A stretch of 64,000 bases of DNA from Octopus sinensis (GCF_006345805.1 NC_042998.1:152148001-152212000); one strand, 5' to 3'. Positions 25,440-39,783 are shown, counted from the stretch's first letter. The notes: generated by a model not told the origin, from the sequence alone. A program made the numbers and translations.

Positions 25440-26168
25440 TACTGTTCTGATCCCGTCAACAGAATTCATATTTTTCCGTCCAAATGACTTTGAAGACTGC
25501 GAAATAAATAATAATTAGATGGGGTAATGTCCGGCGGATAAGGTGGGTGGGGCATCGTTTCCCATTCAAACTGCCCCAGCCTTTTGAATGTCATCCTCGC
25601 TGTATGTAGCCGAGCATTACCCTGATGTAAGAACAACTTCTGTCTTGAAAACAAAGATGATCGTTTTTCTTTTAGCGCTGACTTGAATGACTGATTGAAT
25701 GACCAAATCCAAGTTTCTCAGCTAGTTCCTCAACAGATACGATGGGATTTCTTCCACCAGGCTTTGCAGGACGCCCTCGTCGAGCCCTACAGATTCTCCA
25801 GGACAAGGCTCATCTCTTAAGCTGTAGTTTCCGGTTCTGAATTTTTGGAACCACAGTTGACACTGGCTTACTCTTGTCCAGTACCCATATTACTGCATTA
25901 ATATTCATCGCACTTTCCGTTGGGTTTTTTCTTTATTGAACTCATAAAGCAAAATATACAGAATATGCTCCTTTGCCACTTCCATTATAGCTTTGAAAAA
26001 ATAACTGTTAAAATCGAACTGCACTCTTCAAAACTTGCACTAAGAATAAGGACAAGATAAAATTACTACCTGCTTTTATAGCAAGTTGATGTAGATATTT
26101 TATCCCTTCCCACTCCGGTTTTTTGTTCATGCAATTGAAAAAATCGCATTACTTATGAGATGACCCAA
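25440..26168 (-). mobile_element. Mariner transposon remnant with one TIR
   Basis: HQGNARLHTA...EWETMPHPPYPPDITPSNYYLFRSLQ (HPPYSPDLAP-like). A TIR-like end, ttgggtcatctcataagtaatgcg on minus, stops at a TA at 26169. Confidence 0.85.
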
Positions 26169-26970
26169 TATATATAGATAGATGATAAGCAGTTTTCTTT
26201 ATTATAGTACAAATGTGACTAATTCGGAGAAACATTACTTTCATTATTCACACATTGTCACTCTCGTAAGGCAACATTTTGTAATTCTGGTTCAAATTGA
26301 AAGTGTAAAACTAATTTCACTTTCTAATGAAACATGGTCATTGTAGAGCAGCATCTTTCAAATGACTAAAGCTGATTGTTGAGATAACGTAGAAAATATG
26401 TATATGAAAATAAAGTTTATTTATATATATATATATACACACACACACATTCAAATATGAATTAGAAGCATGTATGAATGTGTATATACATGTATGTGGG
26501 AATATATATGTGTTTGTGTGTTTGTATGTGTGTGTGTGTGTGTCGATGTATACATATATACATGCATAGCCTGGTAATTGCTGTGAATAAATATTCATCC
26601 ACAAATGTTTTAACTAAATGACTGGGTCAATCATTATATAATACGTATTAAATAATCAATGGCAGTATCAATGTTCTCTTTCATGCCTACCGAAGTCAAT
26701 ATTGGCAGTATAAAACTTTATACGTTGTTATGTTGAGTCATAATTAATATTGGTACCTAAGGTTTCTTGTGACCATAAAAATTATGTCACAAACATTCGC
26801 CCGAGATTTTTAACTAAAGGAAACATTACATGCAGACCGCCTTTTATTGAACAATACAAACCTCGCCTTGTTGTCATTTAAGAAGCTTGTTTTGATGTGG
26901 TTTAATGTTAGCAAAGGGATATAAATCTGAGAAGAACTAATGCGAAAATAATTACATATATACGTATGCG

Positions 26971-27007
<37 letters not shown>

Positions 27008-27491
27008 ATTACATTGTATGTGCATTGCATACTTGTAATTGTTTTCGCATATCGTTAAAATATAGATAGTGCCGTGCGTGTTAGGAAGTATATATCTATT
27101 TAGAAATTTTTATTCAGACTCAAGGACACACTGAAAAATTAATATCACATTCCATACTTTAGTATATTCCCGTAGCATCTCCCTTCGTAATCATTAAGCC
27201 ACAACGCGGGATTTATATATCTCCTATATGCGAGATTTTGGTGTACCAATCAAGATACCGTACCCCTCCACCATTTTCTTTTTAGTCTTAAGTCATAAAC
27301 CACGTGACTGAGATACAATATAAAGCATCAAGTCTTAGGTATCGATATAACCTTTTGATTCTAGAGCTCTGAGTTCAAGTGCTACCGAGATCAATTTTAC
27401 TGTTCAATATTTCAAGATCGACAAATAAAGTACCAGTGAAATATTGAAGTGAATTCTTTCCTCCTTTCTCCCTCTTTCTTCTTCCTCACCA

Positions 27492-27551
<60 letters not shown>

Positions 27552-27716
27552 CTCCTTGATTAAATACAAACTCAGTACAGGACGCCAGTTGTGTTTTATT
27601 CCAACTGAAGATTAGAACACAACTGGTAATTTTCGAACTTTTTGCTAGTAATATATACATACACCCACACTTATACACACACACAGTTATACAAGCACGC
27701 ACACATGCGCACATAC

Positions 27717-27752
<36 letters not shown>

Positions 27753-28059
27753 GCATATCCAAATATAGACACATGCACTAATACACACACATACAGAGGA
27801 GGAACAAAAGAGAGAGAGAGAGCAAGGGAGAGAACGAAAGAGAAATCTTTACATATATTTATATTTTTACTTCTTGAATGTTACCGATGTGAATGACAAG
27901 TATCACACACGCACGTACATATACACAAACGCACACACACGTGTGTGTGTGTGTGTGTGTGAATACAAAAATATACTCCTTTCGTACACAGAACAAAACA
28001 ACACACACATGCAGAATGAACTAATGAGTAACATTATACAATGTTTAAAGTGCGGAATT

Positions 28060-28106
<47 letters not shown>

Positions 28107-29093
28107 AAAAGTAGTATCAGGCCAGACGTGTCTATTGAGCAGCGAAATCTAGCGAACGAATAAAAGTGATGTTTGTCGATGGGATTACCATCAGAGCATT
28201 TAGTTTAGCAGCAGACGTTTGGTTCCCATGACAGCAATCGCCATTTCTCTCCACTTCATTTCCCAGCCGTCGCCATATTACTTTTTTTTACTTCCTTCGG
28301 CACTACCTATCCTTTAACAAGTTTTAATGATATGTTTTTTCTCTTCATCATCATCATCATCATCATCACCATCGTCCAGTTGTTAGTTATTATAAACGAT
28401 GTTGTTTATCAGACGAGACTATTTTTACGACTCCACGATCGGCCATGTTTATGTAATGGCGCCCAGTCATGTTACTAAGTGATGTGTTGTAGCAAAGGCC
28501 AATATAAGCGAATGACCCTGCTTAAGATGTTCACTACTCAACCACATGGTTTCTGGTTCGCTCCCACAGCAAGATATCTTGTGCAAAAATTATTGCAAAA
28601 TAACATTTCTTCAAATCTTGTTTTGTCTGTCTCACCCTCTCTCTCTTTCTCCCCCCTCTCTCTCTATCTATCTATATATCTCACTGTCTGTCTCTCCCTC
28701 TCTCTATCTATCTATCTGTCTATCAATCAAACTCTCTCTTCTCTGAAGTTTGCTCAGAGGGAAACTAGAAAGGGACTGAACCCAAATTGAAAGTCCATAC
28801 ATAATCAAGTACTCGGCTACGATTAATTATCTGTGGAATATTCTGTCTTGCACTGTTATTCAATCAATATTTCAGTGATTGAACAACTGCGAAATAAATT
28901 CGAATAACAAAACAATATTTAGTCTTAGTAACTTACAAAACAATCAAGTATACATACAGCGTGGCTGTGTGGTAAGAACTTTGTTTCGCAACTACATGGT
29001 TTCGGGTTCAGTCACACTGCGTATCACCATGGGCAAGTGTCTTCTACTATAGCCTCGAGCAGACAAAGCCTTGTGAGTGGATTTGGTATACAT

Positions 29094-29158
<65 letters not shown>

Positions 29159-29929
29159 CAAAGCTGTAAAATTTTCACAAAACTATTACTCTGTTTCATA
29201 TTCCCGTTCGTCGGAGAGTTGTGAAGAAAACTGAATTATAATCATGATTGTACAAGTAATATAATGCAATGTGATATACTTCAAATCAACCAATAAGCAT
29301 TTAAACTTCACTGGGTGGCAGGTTTTCAAAACACAACGATGTAAATTTTCTTACAAGTTGGGTGATGGGGTTGTGAAAATTAACAGTAAAGTATAACTAT
29401 TATACGATCGAATGGGAACGTGATAGATGATGATGATGATGAGACGACGACGACGACGTATAAGTGTTCAGCTTTTGCCGCATGACCTACACAAATGATT
29501 TGTTTATAGTGATCAAATGTATGTGATGTACATTAGCTCACTCTCTCCATCAAATCGACGTTGTCTGAACTGATTCACGGTGTACTGCACGTCAGATGTC
29601 GAAGTGACCGCAGAATAACGCGAGATGAAGCGTTAACACAACACACAGCTATCATACAACCCAGATGCCTAACCACTTGTCTCGCCATGTTCCAACAATT
29701 CTTTGGACAGGTTCTGTTGGATGTTAAATGTGAAGACGTTAATTTTATCATAATAGGTATTGTCACAAAGCAGAGCTAGAGTAGTGTTTATGTATTGTTC
29801 CGAATCCATGATGACTACAGCACTATTTTTTTCAGCTTCTTTTGTAACTAACAGTATTTTGATTATCGCTGAGATCGTTAATGATTTTCCATTCTTCTCG
29901 GCTTGTATTTACTTTAAATTTGGGATGTT

Positions 29930-31540
29930 ATAGTAAACTGTAAGGGAAAATGGTTACCAAATCACAAAATTTGTCCAGAGTTTGGTTCAGTTGCTTTTAT
30001 GATAAAGCATTAAATGGTCATTGGTTTCTTTGTCAAATAGTACAATTTTCTACAAAATTTCTGGACATGGTTCTGTATTTCATTTATATTGGAATTTTGC
30101 GTTGTTAGATTGAATTTTAGTCCTTTCGAGAGAATTTTAATTTGTTTGGTTGACAGGGTTTTATGTGAGAGATTTATAACCTTCGGAATTTCACATTTGG
30201 TTTGTACCATCGAGTGACTGGGTTTCCGTCCATCATGTTTAAATGGTTCCTCGGCTTTTGGTGCATCGAATTCTTGCTGACTGTTCTTCTGTACAATCTT
30301 GATCTATTGTAGGTTCAGCATTGTCTATAGTTTTGATAAGGGTTATAGTTTTTGGTCTGAAGTATCAATTGTGGTTGGTCATCTCCGAATTAATCGAGAA
30401 AGAGAGAGAGAGAGAGGAGTTTCTGTTTCATCGTTGGTCCTGTCTGATGTAGTCATTACGGGAGTTGTTTTGTCTCGAACGAGATTTCTGTTTTTTCCGA
30501 TTAAGCCACTTTCTGTGTATCTTTGAGGAGGGGTATTTTGTCTCGTGAGGAAGGAAGCATTTGAATTTTCTACCCTATGCCTTTGTTGGACATTTAAATT
30601 GCTTTTCAATGTTGTTCTGGAAAGGGTGTTAGCCAGTCTTTGCCTCAAATAAACATTTGAGTTGTTTTTCGATAATGGCGTTCGGGATTCTTGAAGTTTC
30701 ATCCTCTTCAAGAATATGTTATCCGAATGATATTCTTCTTTAAATCTTTTCTCATAGTGGTTAAATCAATCATTGACCCCCCCCCCCACACACATACACA
30801 CATCTTCGAAGAGACACTACTTCTTCATTTTCGTAACTTTGCTTCCAGAGTTAGATGGTATTGTCAAAAAGTTCTCCTTCGGCCTTCTTAGCAATTTCCA
30901 CCGCCATTTTTTCACCATTTGGTTTTATTTTCTTCGTAAAACTGAGCCTTCAGTCATACGAGTTCTATCTCCACTTTAAAGTTATCCAGGACCATTTTCC
31001 CTCTTTTCTCTGTCGTTCCAGTTCATTGGAGAGGTTTTAATTTGCAGCTTTCTGGGGAGAATACAAGATGAGTTGAACCATCTCTCATAAATTTCTGATG
31101 TGTTGATTTTTTTTATCATATACCGGAAAGTGAATTACGACTTATGCAGTTTGGAGTCCAGATTTGGAGTAAAGCTTTCTTGACATGAGAAGGTTTTTGA
31201 AAGTTAATGTTGTCCTTTTCTGTTTCAAGATCCGAGTTATTTTATGATTCCTGTATTAGTGAATTTTCAAAAGATTTGCAGAGTTTTTCTAGAGTTTGGC
31301 AATTTTCCATTTGTTGGGATCTTCCTTCTTCCGGGAATATTTTTTTTGCAATAGCAGTGTCTTATTGAGTTTGTCCGTCAAAAGAGGGAGTTCACTCAGG
31401 ATTTTGTCGAGTATCATATTTTTCTGATGGTTACGTTTGAGGGGTATTTTCGTTCCTTGCATGGAAATATATATGTATTCCCACGCAGAATTTGTTTGGA
31501 GTTTTGAAAAGGCACCCGAGACTTAAAACGTATATCCGTG
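29930..31540 (-). mobile_element. PLE N-terminal remnant, truncated before the RT core
   Basis: PKVINLSHKTLSTKQIKILSKGLKFN...HVQKFCRKL parallels the start of the RT region in the element at 6720. Confidence 0.7.
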
Positions 31541-32432
31541 TTTAAATTTTGTAACATGTATTAAAATACAAACTAGTTGCAATTTTTTGTTTATCAATAC
31601 GTGTGTGCGAGTGTGTTTGTGCACGCGCGCACGCGTATGTGTGTGTGCGCGTGTGTGTGTTTGTCCCCACCACCACCACCGCTTGACAACTGGTTCTGGT
31701 GAGTTTACGTCCCGGTACCTTAGCGGTTCGGCAAAAACAACCGATAGAATAAGTACTAGGTTCTAAAAAGAAATAAGTCCTGAGGTCGATTTGTTCTAAT
31801 AAATCCATTCAAGGCGGTGTCCCAGTGTGCCCGCAATGAAGTGACAGAAACATGTAAAAGATAAAAGATAACTCATGAATATTAATAACTTTTAATATAT
31901 ATGTAGGACGCTGTCGTCTTTGGAGGTTCAGGTTCACCAGTGATTAAATAAAATAGGAAAAATATTCGACGATTAAGAACATCAGTTGCTTATCGTTTTA
32001 ACCGCACTAAAATATAAATCAATTTATAGAAAACTTACTGCCATGATTGAAATATTCCTTGGATCCAATCCTTCGAAGTATTTTCAAAATATTATTAATG
32101 ATATTTTTAGCTTACAAGTCTACAGCAAATATACGGAATATATTTTATGTTGATGCATTTATTCAATACCATTTTCGGCTTATTTCTTTTAAAATGTCGT
32201 CATTTTTAGGGTATATCTATACTAGTATATGTAATATATATGCCATATGTATGTGTGTGTGTGCGTGTGTGGATGTGCGTTTTCATGCAAGTATTTTTGT
32301 TTCTATGTATCTATGTATGTGTACATGTTTTTATGCTTACTAGCGGTGCTCCAGCATGGCCACAGCCTCAAGGCTGAAACATGCAAAAGAATAAAAGAAA
32401 ATATGTATACACATACACACACATACATATAT

Positions 32433-32527
<95 letters not shown>

Positions 32528-32577
32528 CATATATACATACATACATATACATGTATATATACATATACATATACATA

Positions 32578-33456
32578 CGTGATCTGATCAATAAGTATCC
32601 GGATTGTTGCCATAGTAACGAAGCTAAAGCACGCAGACTGAAGCCGCATGGCGCAAATTGACCTCCAATTCTGCTATGTATGCATAGTAAGTTTTAACGT
32701 TCTAGCTCACTTTTGTTGTTTACAGCAATGCATGGAAGGAAGGTGTGTAGCGTGTGGTCGTTGCATTGGCCATGACATAGAAAGTTGAGTAGACAATCTG
32801 CTTCAAATTTTACCAAAAGTTTGGCGATACCTACTCAGAGTCCTACGCAACATTTTCAGAAAGTTTTCATCGTTCTCAACACAATCAAGGAGATCTTGTG
32901 TAACTGAAACCCGAGTGTCTTTTTGGTTAGCTGAAAGCAGTTTTGGTACGAACTTGGCAGACACGCGACTCATACCCAAATCTTCAGTGATAATGGACTG
33001 AACTGAACCGTAACTAATCTGTACATACTCTGATAGCTCACGGATGGTGATTCAACGATTTCCCCTCACAGCTGCACGCACGTTTTCCTCAGTTCTGCTG
33101 GTTGCGGACCTTGCAGAACGTTCGTCAATATCAAAATTTTCCGGCTATCTTGCAAACAGAAACTCTCGTACACTTGAGTGCGGCTCATATACTCCCCTCC
33201 ATATACTTTCTGCAACTTTGTGTAGGCCTCTGAGCAGGTATCACTATGACAACTTTCTCTGTCATGGTCAATACGACGATCACACGCTACACACATTCGT
33301 TCCAAGCACTGTAAACAGCGGAAGTGAGTCAGAACGTTAAAACTTAGTGCGCATGCACAGCAGAGTCAAAGCTCAATCTGTGCAAAGCGGCTTCACTCTG
33401 CGTGTTTTAGCTTTGTTACTATGGCAACAGTCCTGATACTTATTAACCAAACCTCG
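32578..33456. mobile_element. Non-autonomous mariner derivative built from two inverted 5' ends, flanked by TA
   Basis: About 60-bp TIRs (cgtgatctgatcaataagtatccgg... and ...tcctgatacttattaaccaaacctcg). The minus strand encodes DTCSEAYTKLQKVYG...ITIRELSEYVQISYGSVQSIITEDLGMSRVSAKFVPKLL...FLKML. The plus strand carries a decayed second N-terminus (ICFKFYQKFGDTYSE). Confidence 0.85.
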
Positions 33457-33972
33457 TATACATATATGTCAATACTATGGATGTGTTAGTGTGTTGTGTA
33501 TAAAAGTGTGCGTGAGGGCGTATACATCTATATTTATGTGTTGTAATTCAGTATAGAAGAGTGAAACTAGAGTGAAAGAGAGGGGGAAATACAAAAAGAA
33601 ACTAGACACGGAGAAACCTTTTGGATATCTCATCTCTTTTCCATTCTCCCACTTTATCTCTCTCTCTCTTCCTCTTTCTCTTTCCCTCTCTCTCCTTCTC
33701 TCTCTCTCCCTCTCTCGCTCTCTCTTTCTTTATGTTTTCCTATAATTCTTTGCACCAATTCCCTTCTCAGTACTTTCACACCTTTCACTCTCTCTCTTTC
33801 TCTCTCTCTCCCTCCCTCCCCCCAAGAATTCTCACCAGTCTTGTCAAGACATATTCTTCATTAACACAATTCCACAATCCCATCAATACAACCAGTTTTC
33901 TTTTACTTTCTGCCGACCGATTCAACCCATCACCACCATATGTATGTATATGTGTGTGTCTGTTTCTATAGG

Positions 33973-34038
<66 letters not shown>

Positions 34039-34156
34039 TCAGTGGCCGTACGTGTGTCTGTGTGTATATTCTTTTATTCTTTTAGTTGTTTCAGTCATTT
34101 GACTGCGGCCATGTTGGAGCACCACCTTAAGATATATATGTGTAGTGAATATGTTT

Positions 34157-34202
<46 letters not shown>

Positions 34203-34489
34203 TTGTCTGTGTATGTACATGCGTGTCTGTATATGCATATATGCCTGTGTATGTGTGTATATGAGTCTGTATAAGTACATGTCCATCTGCCTGTCTATGT
34301 ATACATATGCTAGCTGCGTGTCTGCATATTTGAGCTTGTGAGTATAAATATATCTGTATATGTGCGTGTATGCCTGTGTATGTACATGGCAGTTGTGTAT
34401 GTACATGGCAGTGTGTATGTATATGTGCATGTGTGCATGTGTGTGTGTGTGTGTGTGTGTGCGCGTGCGCGTGTCAGCGTGGTCGCTGA

Positions 34490-34787
34490 CAAACAGTAAA
34501 CACCAATTAGAAAGACAATAACAACAACGACCGCAAACGTTACCACTACGATGACGATGGCGATGGCAGCGTTGACGATGTGGCTGCTGCTGTTGCTGCT
34601 GTTACTCCTGTTTCTGCTTCCGATGATGATGATGATGATGATGATTTTGTAAAAATTGGCAATTGTATTAGCTGCATAATAGTATCGGTACTGATGGTAC
34701 CGGCGATGATGATATTGTTGGTAGTTGTAGTAATTAATTGTTAGTAGCGACAATGTAGGCGGTGGTTGTGGCAGTAGTAGTGATGGT

Positions 34788-34855
<68 letters not shown>

Positions 34856-35330
34856 GGTGGGTTTGTGTTGATGGCGATGATGGTGGTTCGTTGTGCCAGT
34901 AATTTTGTTAGTTGTGACAGTAGTGGTAGTAATAGTAGTCGTAGCGAATATATTAATCGTGTCTGGCGATAGTGATGACGGTGGTAGTGATGGTGTTGAT
35001 GGTGATTGTGGTTGATGGGTTGTGTTAGTGGTGACAATGGTAATGGTGGTGGAAGTAGTGGTGATGGTGATTGTGTTGGTTGGTGTGGTGGTCGTAGTTG
35101 TGCTGTGATGGTGTTGATTGCAGTGAACTGTAGACACGTGTGTTGAAATGCGGCCATCTTGCCACGTCACACAGCTTCACTTCCCCACCTTTACAATACC
35201 TCCACACTACACCTTCGTTAACAACTGTTTGCCAATAACATCGCATATACACACAGGCATTAACAATTACCATCACCATCACCACAACAACTAATCTACC
35301 ACTACTACTAATAATAATGAAAATAATTGT
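34490..35330. repeat. Compound trinucleotide repeat region: (GAT)n, (TAG)n, (GGT)n
   Basis: Direct inspection. It explains the poly-T and poly-L ORFs in the track. Confidence 0.9.
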
Positions 35331-35540
35331 TATTTCTAATTTTTAGCACAAGGCCAACAATTTTGACGAGAGAAGCAAGTCGATTACATCGACCGGTAAA
35401 TGATTTTATCGAAACAGACAGATGAAAGCAAATTGACCTCGATGGAATTTGAACTCTGAACGTAATGAGTCAAAAGGCATACTTGAAGACATTTTGTCCA
35501 ATGCTCTAAGGATTCTGCCGGCTCGCCATTATAATAATGA

Positions 35541-35700
35541 CAAGAAGAAGAAGAAGAAGAAGAAGAAGAAGAAGAAGAAGAAGAAGAAGAAGAAGAAGAA
35601 GAAGAAGAAGAAGAAGAAGAAGAAGAAGAAGAAGAAGAAGAAGAAGAAGAAGAAGAAGAAGAAGAAGAAGAAGAAGAAGAAGAAGAAGAAGAAGAAGAAG
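35541..35700. repeat. (AAG)n microsatellite, about 160 bp
   Basis: Pure run lying between two SINEs. Confidence 0.98.
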
Positions 35701-35869
35701 AGTGGCTGTGTGGTAAGTAGCTTGCTTACGAACCACATGGTTCCGGGTTCAGTCCCACTGCGTGGCACCTTGGGCAAGTGTCTTCTACTATAGCTTCGAG
35801 CTGACCAAAGGCTTGTGACTGGATTTGGTAGACGGAAACTGCAAGAAGCTCGTTGTATATATGTATCTA

Positions 35870-35980
<111 letters not shown>

Positions 35981-36229
35981 ACAATCAAGGAACGGCCATA
36001 ATAGGCCATTCACCCACTAGAAATAACAGCCAAAGCTTCAACCGCAAATAAAGATTAATTCCGTAAACAGGAGAAAATTTAAAAAAACATTTACCCTGTA
36101 ATTTCTTGTACGATGCACCGTTTCATCTGCTGTTTAATGGTAAACTAACCTGATTAAATTAAATCAAGCCAATTATTACCTTGGCAGGGTCGGAAATGCC
36201 TCGTGAAAATATCTGTTCCGACTTGGCTA

Positions 36230-36334
36230 TTTCTTGCTGAAGAATCTGAGGGCCTATGGAAGATTGGCTTGATTTAATTTAATCAGGTTAGTTTACCATT
36301 AAACAGCAGATGAAACGGTGCATCGTACAAGAAA
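36230..36334 (+). ncRNA. Type I hammerhead ribozyme, copy 1
   Basis: tttcttg-CTGAAGA-atctg[insert]cagat-GAAA-cggtgcatcg-TA-caagaaa. Stem I is 7 bp, stem II 5 bp, stem III acg/cgt. Canonical core. Predicted GUA cleavage after 36327. Confidence 0.85.
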
Positions 36335-36721
36335 TTACAGGGTAAATGTTTTTTAAATTTTCTCCTGTTTACGGAATTAATCTTTATTTGCGGTTGAAGC
36401 TTTGGCTGTTATTTCTAGTGGGTGAATGGCCTATTATGGCCGTTCCTTGATTGTTGATGTTGAACTTAAAAATGGTCTATGACTATTTAATTTTTTCCCA
36501 CTAGGCCGCTGGTGGCAAAAAGAATTCTACAAAATTTTTTTTTGCCACCCTATATTGATTAATTATGAATTTTCTGGTTAATTCCGTAATGGAATCGACG
36601 GCTTATATTTATTTGCTGCCGATAAATTTGGCGCGAGTGCGACGATTTGAAAATTTTAGGTCAGATATTACCTTGGCAGGGTCGGAAATGCCTCGTGAAA
36701 ATATCTGTTCCGACTTGGCTA

Positions 36722-36826
36722 TTTCTTGCTGAAGAATCTGAGGGCCTATGGAAGATTGGCTTGATTTAATTTAATCAGGTTAGTTTACCATTAAACAGCA
36801 GATGAAACGGTGCATCGTACAAGAAA
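36722..36826 (+). ncRNA. Type I hammerhead ribozyme, copy 2
   Basis: Identical to copy 1, 492 bp downstream. Predicted cleavage after 36819. Confidence 0.85.
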
Positions 36827-37050
36827 TTACAGGGTAAATGTTTTTTAAATTTTCTCCTGTTTACGGAATTAATCTTTATTTGCGGTTGAAGCTTTGGCTG
36901 TTATTTCTAGTGGGTGAATGGCCTATTATGGCCGTTCCTTGATTGTTGATGTTGAACTTTAAAATGGTCTATGACTATTTAATTTTTTCCCACTAGGCCG
37001 CTGGTGACAAAAAGAATTCTACAAAATTTTTTTTTGCCACCCTATATTGA

Positions 37051-37100
<50 letters not shown>

Positions 37101-37339
37101 ATATACGTTTGTGTGTCTTTGTCCCCCAACATCACTTGACAACCGATGCTGGTGTGTTTACGTCCCCGTAACTTAGCGGTTCGGCAAAAGAGACCGATAG
37201 AATAAGTACTAGGCTTACAAAGAATAAGTCCTGGGGTCGATTTGCTCGACTAAAGGTTGTGCTCCAGCATGGCCACAGTCAAATGACTGAAACAAGTAAA
37301 AGAGCAAAAGAGAGTAAAGAGTAATAATATTAAACGCCG

Positions 37340-37910
37340 TGATGCAGTACCAGGCACTGGCTCTCATGGCTTCTCATCTTACCTGATTGGAAGTATTATC
37401 ATGTACATATTTTGTCTTGGTATAAAAGATTGGCTACAACAAATATTCTGCTCAATACCACAGATTTGCTTGTCAATTGTTTGACCTTAACCAATTGAGC
37501 ATGCCCCTTGGTGTTTGGCAATACATGCATCTCTGGTCACGAACAGAAGTAGTGGGGGAATATCACAGCCATGTATTAAGAAAAATTCTTAGAGGTTTGG
37601 ATAATTCACCTCTGGAAACATGGATGTTTCGTTCAACACCCTTCAACGACCCTTATTCAGGGACCTTTTGAGCGGGATGGACTATTCGACCTGAAAAAAA
37701 TTCTAACTGGGTCCCACCTTGCAAGCTCATACTTTGTTTCTCTTGATATGAAATCACCATGTCATGCACATATGGTTGTGATGTATGTGCCTGGTGTATC
37801 CTTATCAGACGGGTAGTGATGGTGAGTATACTGGGCTTTGTGTACTTTAATCCAGTGTCACTTTGAGGACACTGCACTGCTTTCTCACTCAATAATGAGA
37901 GTTTCAAATC
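37340..37910 (+). mobile_element. ~550-bp interspersed repeat family D (further copies at ~39905-40445 and 40545-41060)
   Basis: Shared gatgcagtacc.ggca.tggctctcat...aaatattctgctcaata...gaccttttgagcggga...cactgctttctcactcaataat. The copy at 39905-40445 ends in a long (AAT)n tail. Confidence 0.85.
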
Positions 37911-38002
37911 TTGACGCACGGCTAGCAATTCTGGTGGGTGGCGGGTGGATTGAGTCGATCACATCGACTTAATTGGTACTTATTTTATCGATTTTATTCA
38001 AA

Positions 38003-38166
38003 AGCAAAGACGACTTCGCCAGAATTCGAACTAAGAACGTGAAGACGAACGGAATGCCGCTAAGCATTTTGTCTGCGTGGTAACGGTTCAGCCAGCTCAC
38101 CGCCTTAATAATAATAACAATAACAACAATAATAATAACAATAATAATATTGTTATTATTAATATT

Positions 38167-38202
<36 letters not shown>

Positions 38203-38321
38203 ATTGTTATTATTATTAAGGCGGTGAGCTGGCTGAACCGTTACCACGCAGACAAAATGCTTAGCGGCATTCCGTTCGTCTTCACGTTCTTAGTTCGAAT
38301 TCTGGCGAAGTCGACTTTGCT
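38003..38321. repeat. Near-perfect quasi-palindrome: two head-to-head SINE family C heads around an (AAT)/(ATT)/(GTT) core
   Basis: 38003-38130 and 38194-38321 are reverse complements with about one mismatch. Other family C copies lie at ~27330-27450, 35335-35530, 39400-39615 and 59560-59900. Confidence 0.92.
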
Positions 38322-38329
38322 AAAAAATT

Positions 38330-39180
38330 TGCTAATGAGTTTATGCAATATACCCACGTTGAACGGCATGGTGAAATCAACAGTAAAGTAAAATGCGTTT
38401 GAACAATTGGCTGATAGGTGGGAACAAAAACCTCTGCATGGCAAATAATTGGCCCGTTTCAAACAAGAGGATGAGGACCAGAAGCACACCCATCAGTGGC
38501 TACAGAGCTTAGTGCTAAAGGCAGAGAGTGAAGGTTTTATCTTGGTTTCTCAAGATCAGAGCTTATTGACCCAGAACTATCAAGCGAATGTGATGAAAAA
38601 TGGAATAGACCTTAAATGTGACTATACTGCAACAATAGGTTTGAAAAAGTAGAGCACCTAATGTCTGGGTGTAAGGTTTTAGCACCCGTAGAGTACAACT
38701 CAAAACATGGCAGAGTTGGCCAATATATACATTGGATAATGTGTTGGCATTATAAAATCAAGACTGCTGACAAATGGTGCAAGCATCACCCTGAGGCTGG
38801 TACAGAGGGAGAAAATGTAACGATTCTTTGGGACTTTCCAGTATGTACAGACAGGACCATCAAAGCAAATAAACCAGATATTATTGTAAAAGACCTAAAC
38901 AATAAAGTTTGTTTATTGATTGACATGGGCATACCCTGCGGCCATAATATCTCGGCAAAAGAATTTGATAAGCTCAGAAAATAAAGATTTGCTAATCGAA
39001 ATCGGAAAGATGTGTCATCTCAAAACAGTCACAATATCAGTGATTGCATTAGCACTTGGAATGATCAAAGAAGGAACTAAAAATTATTTAAGAACGATCC
39101 CTGGCTTACCATCCATACAGGAAGTGCAAAAGATTGTCTTAGCTGGTACGTCACACGTACTGAGAAGAGCATTGGGACTT
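38330..39180 (+). mobile_element. RLE-type (R4/Dong/NeSL-like) non-LTR retrotransposon 3' fragment
   Basis: EHLMSGC...YIHWIMC...ILWDFPVCTDRTIKANKPDIIV...LLIDM...KEFDK...QKIVLAGTSHVLR, a zinc knuckle plus PD-(D/E)xK-type nuclease pattern. Confidence 0.85.
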
Positions 39181-39618
39181 TTCTTTCCCTTTTCCCCCTT
39201 ATTTTATTTCTTTACTTTTTTATTTTTTCCTCTTTCTCTCTGTCTTATCACATGACTTTGTAAATGATCAATCTGGTATGTTTGTTTTAATGGCCTACCA
39301 ATGTTTAGAGTGTGTTTCTCTGCCCTAGGTGTCAAGAAGACACGCAGCAAGGAACGTCAACAGAATTGAAAGAAGATGATAATGAAAATAACAATAATAA
39401 TGGTTTCAAATTTTGCCTCAAGGGCAGCAGTTTTGGCGGAGGAGATAAGTCGATTACATCGACCCCAGTGTTACACTGGTACTTAATTTATCGACTCCAA
39501 AGGATGAAAGACAAAATCAACCTCGGCGGAATTTGAACGCAAAACGTAGCGTCGGGCGAAATATTGCGAAGCATTTTGCCCGGTGTGCTAACAATTCTGC
39601 TAGCTCACCGCCTTAATA

Positions 39619-39710
<92 letters not shown>

Positions 39711-39749
39711 TAATAATAATAATAATTATAATAATAATGATAATAATGA

Positions 39750-39783
<34 letters not shown>

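Noticed and set aside
31490-31545. TTGAAAA...AAAACGTATA hammerhead-like pattern
   Set aside because: Both core segments are mutated and the stems are out of register.
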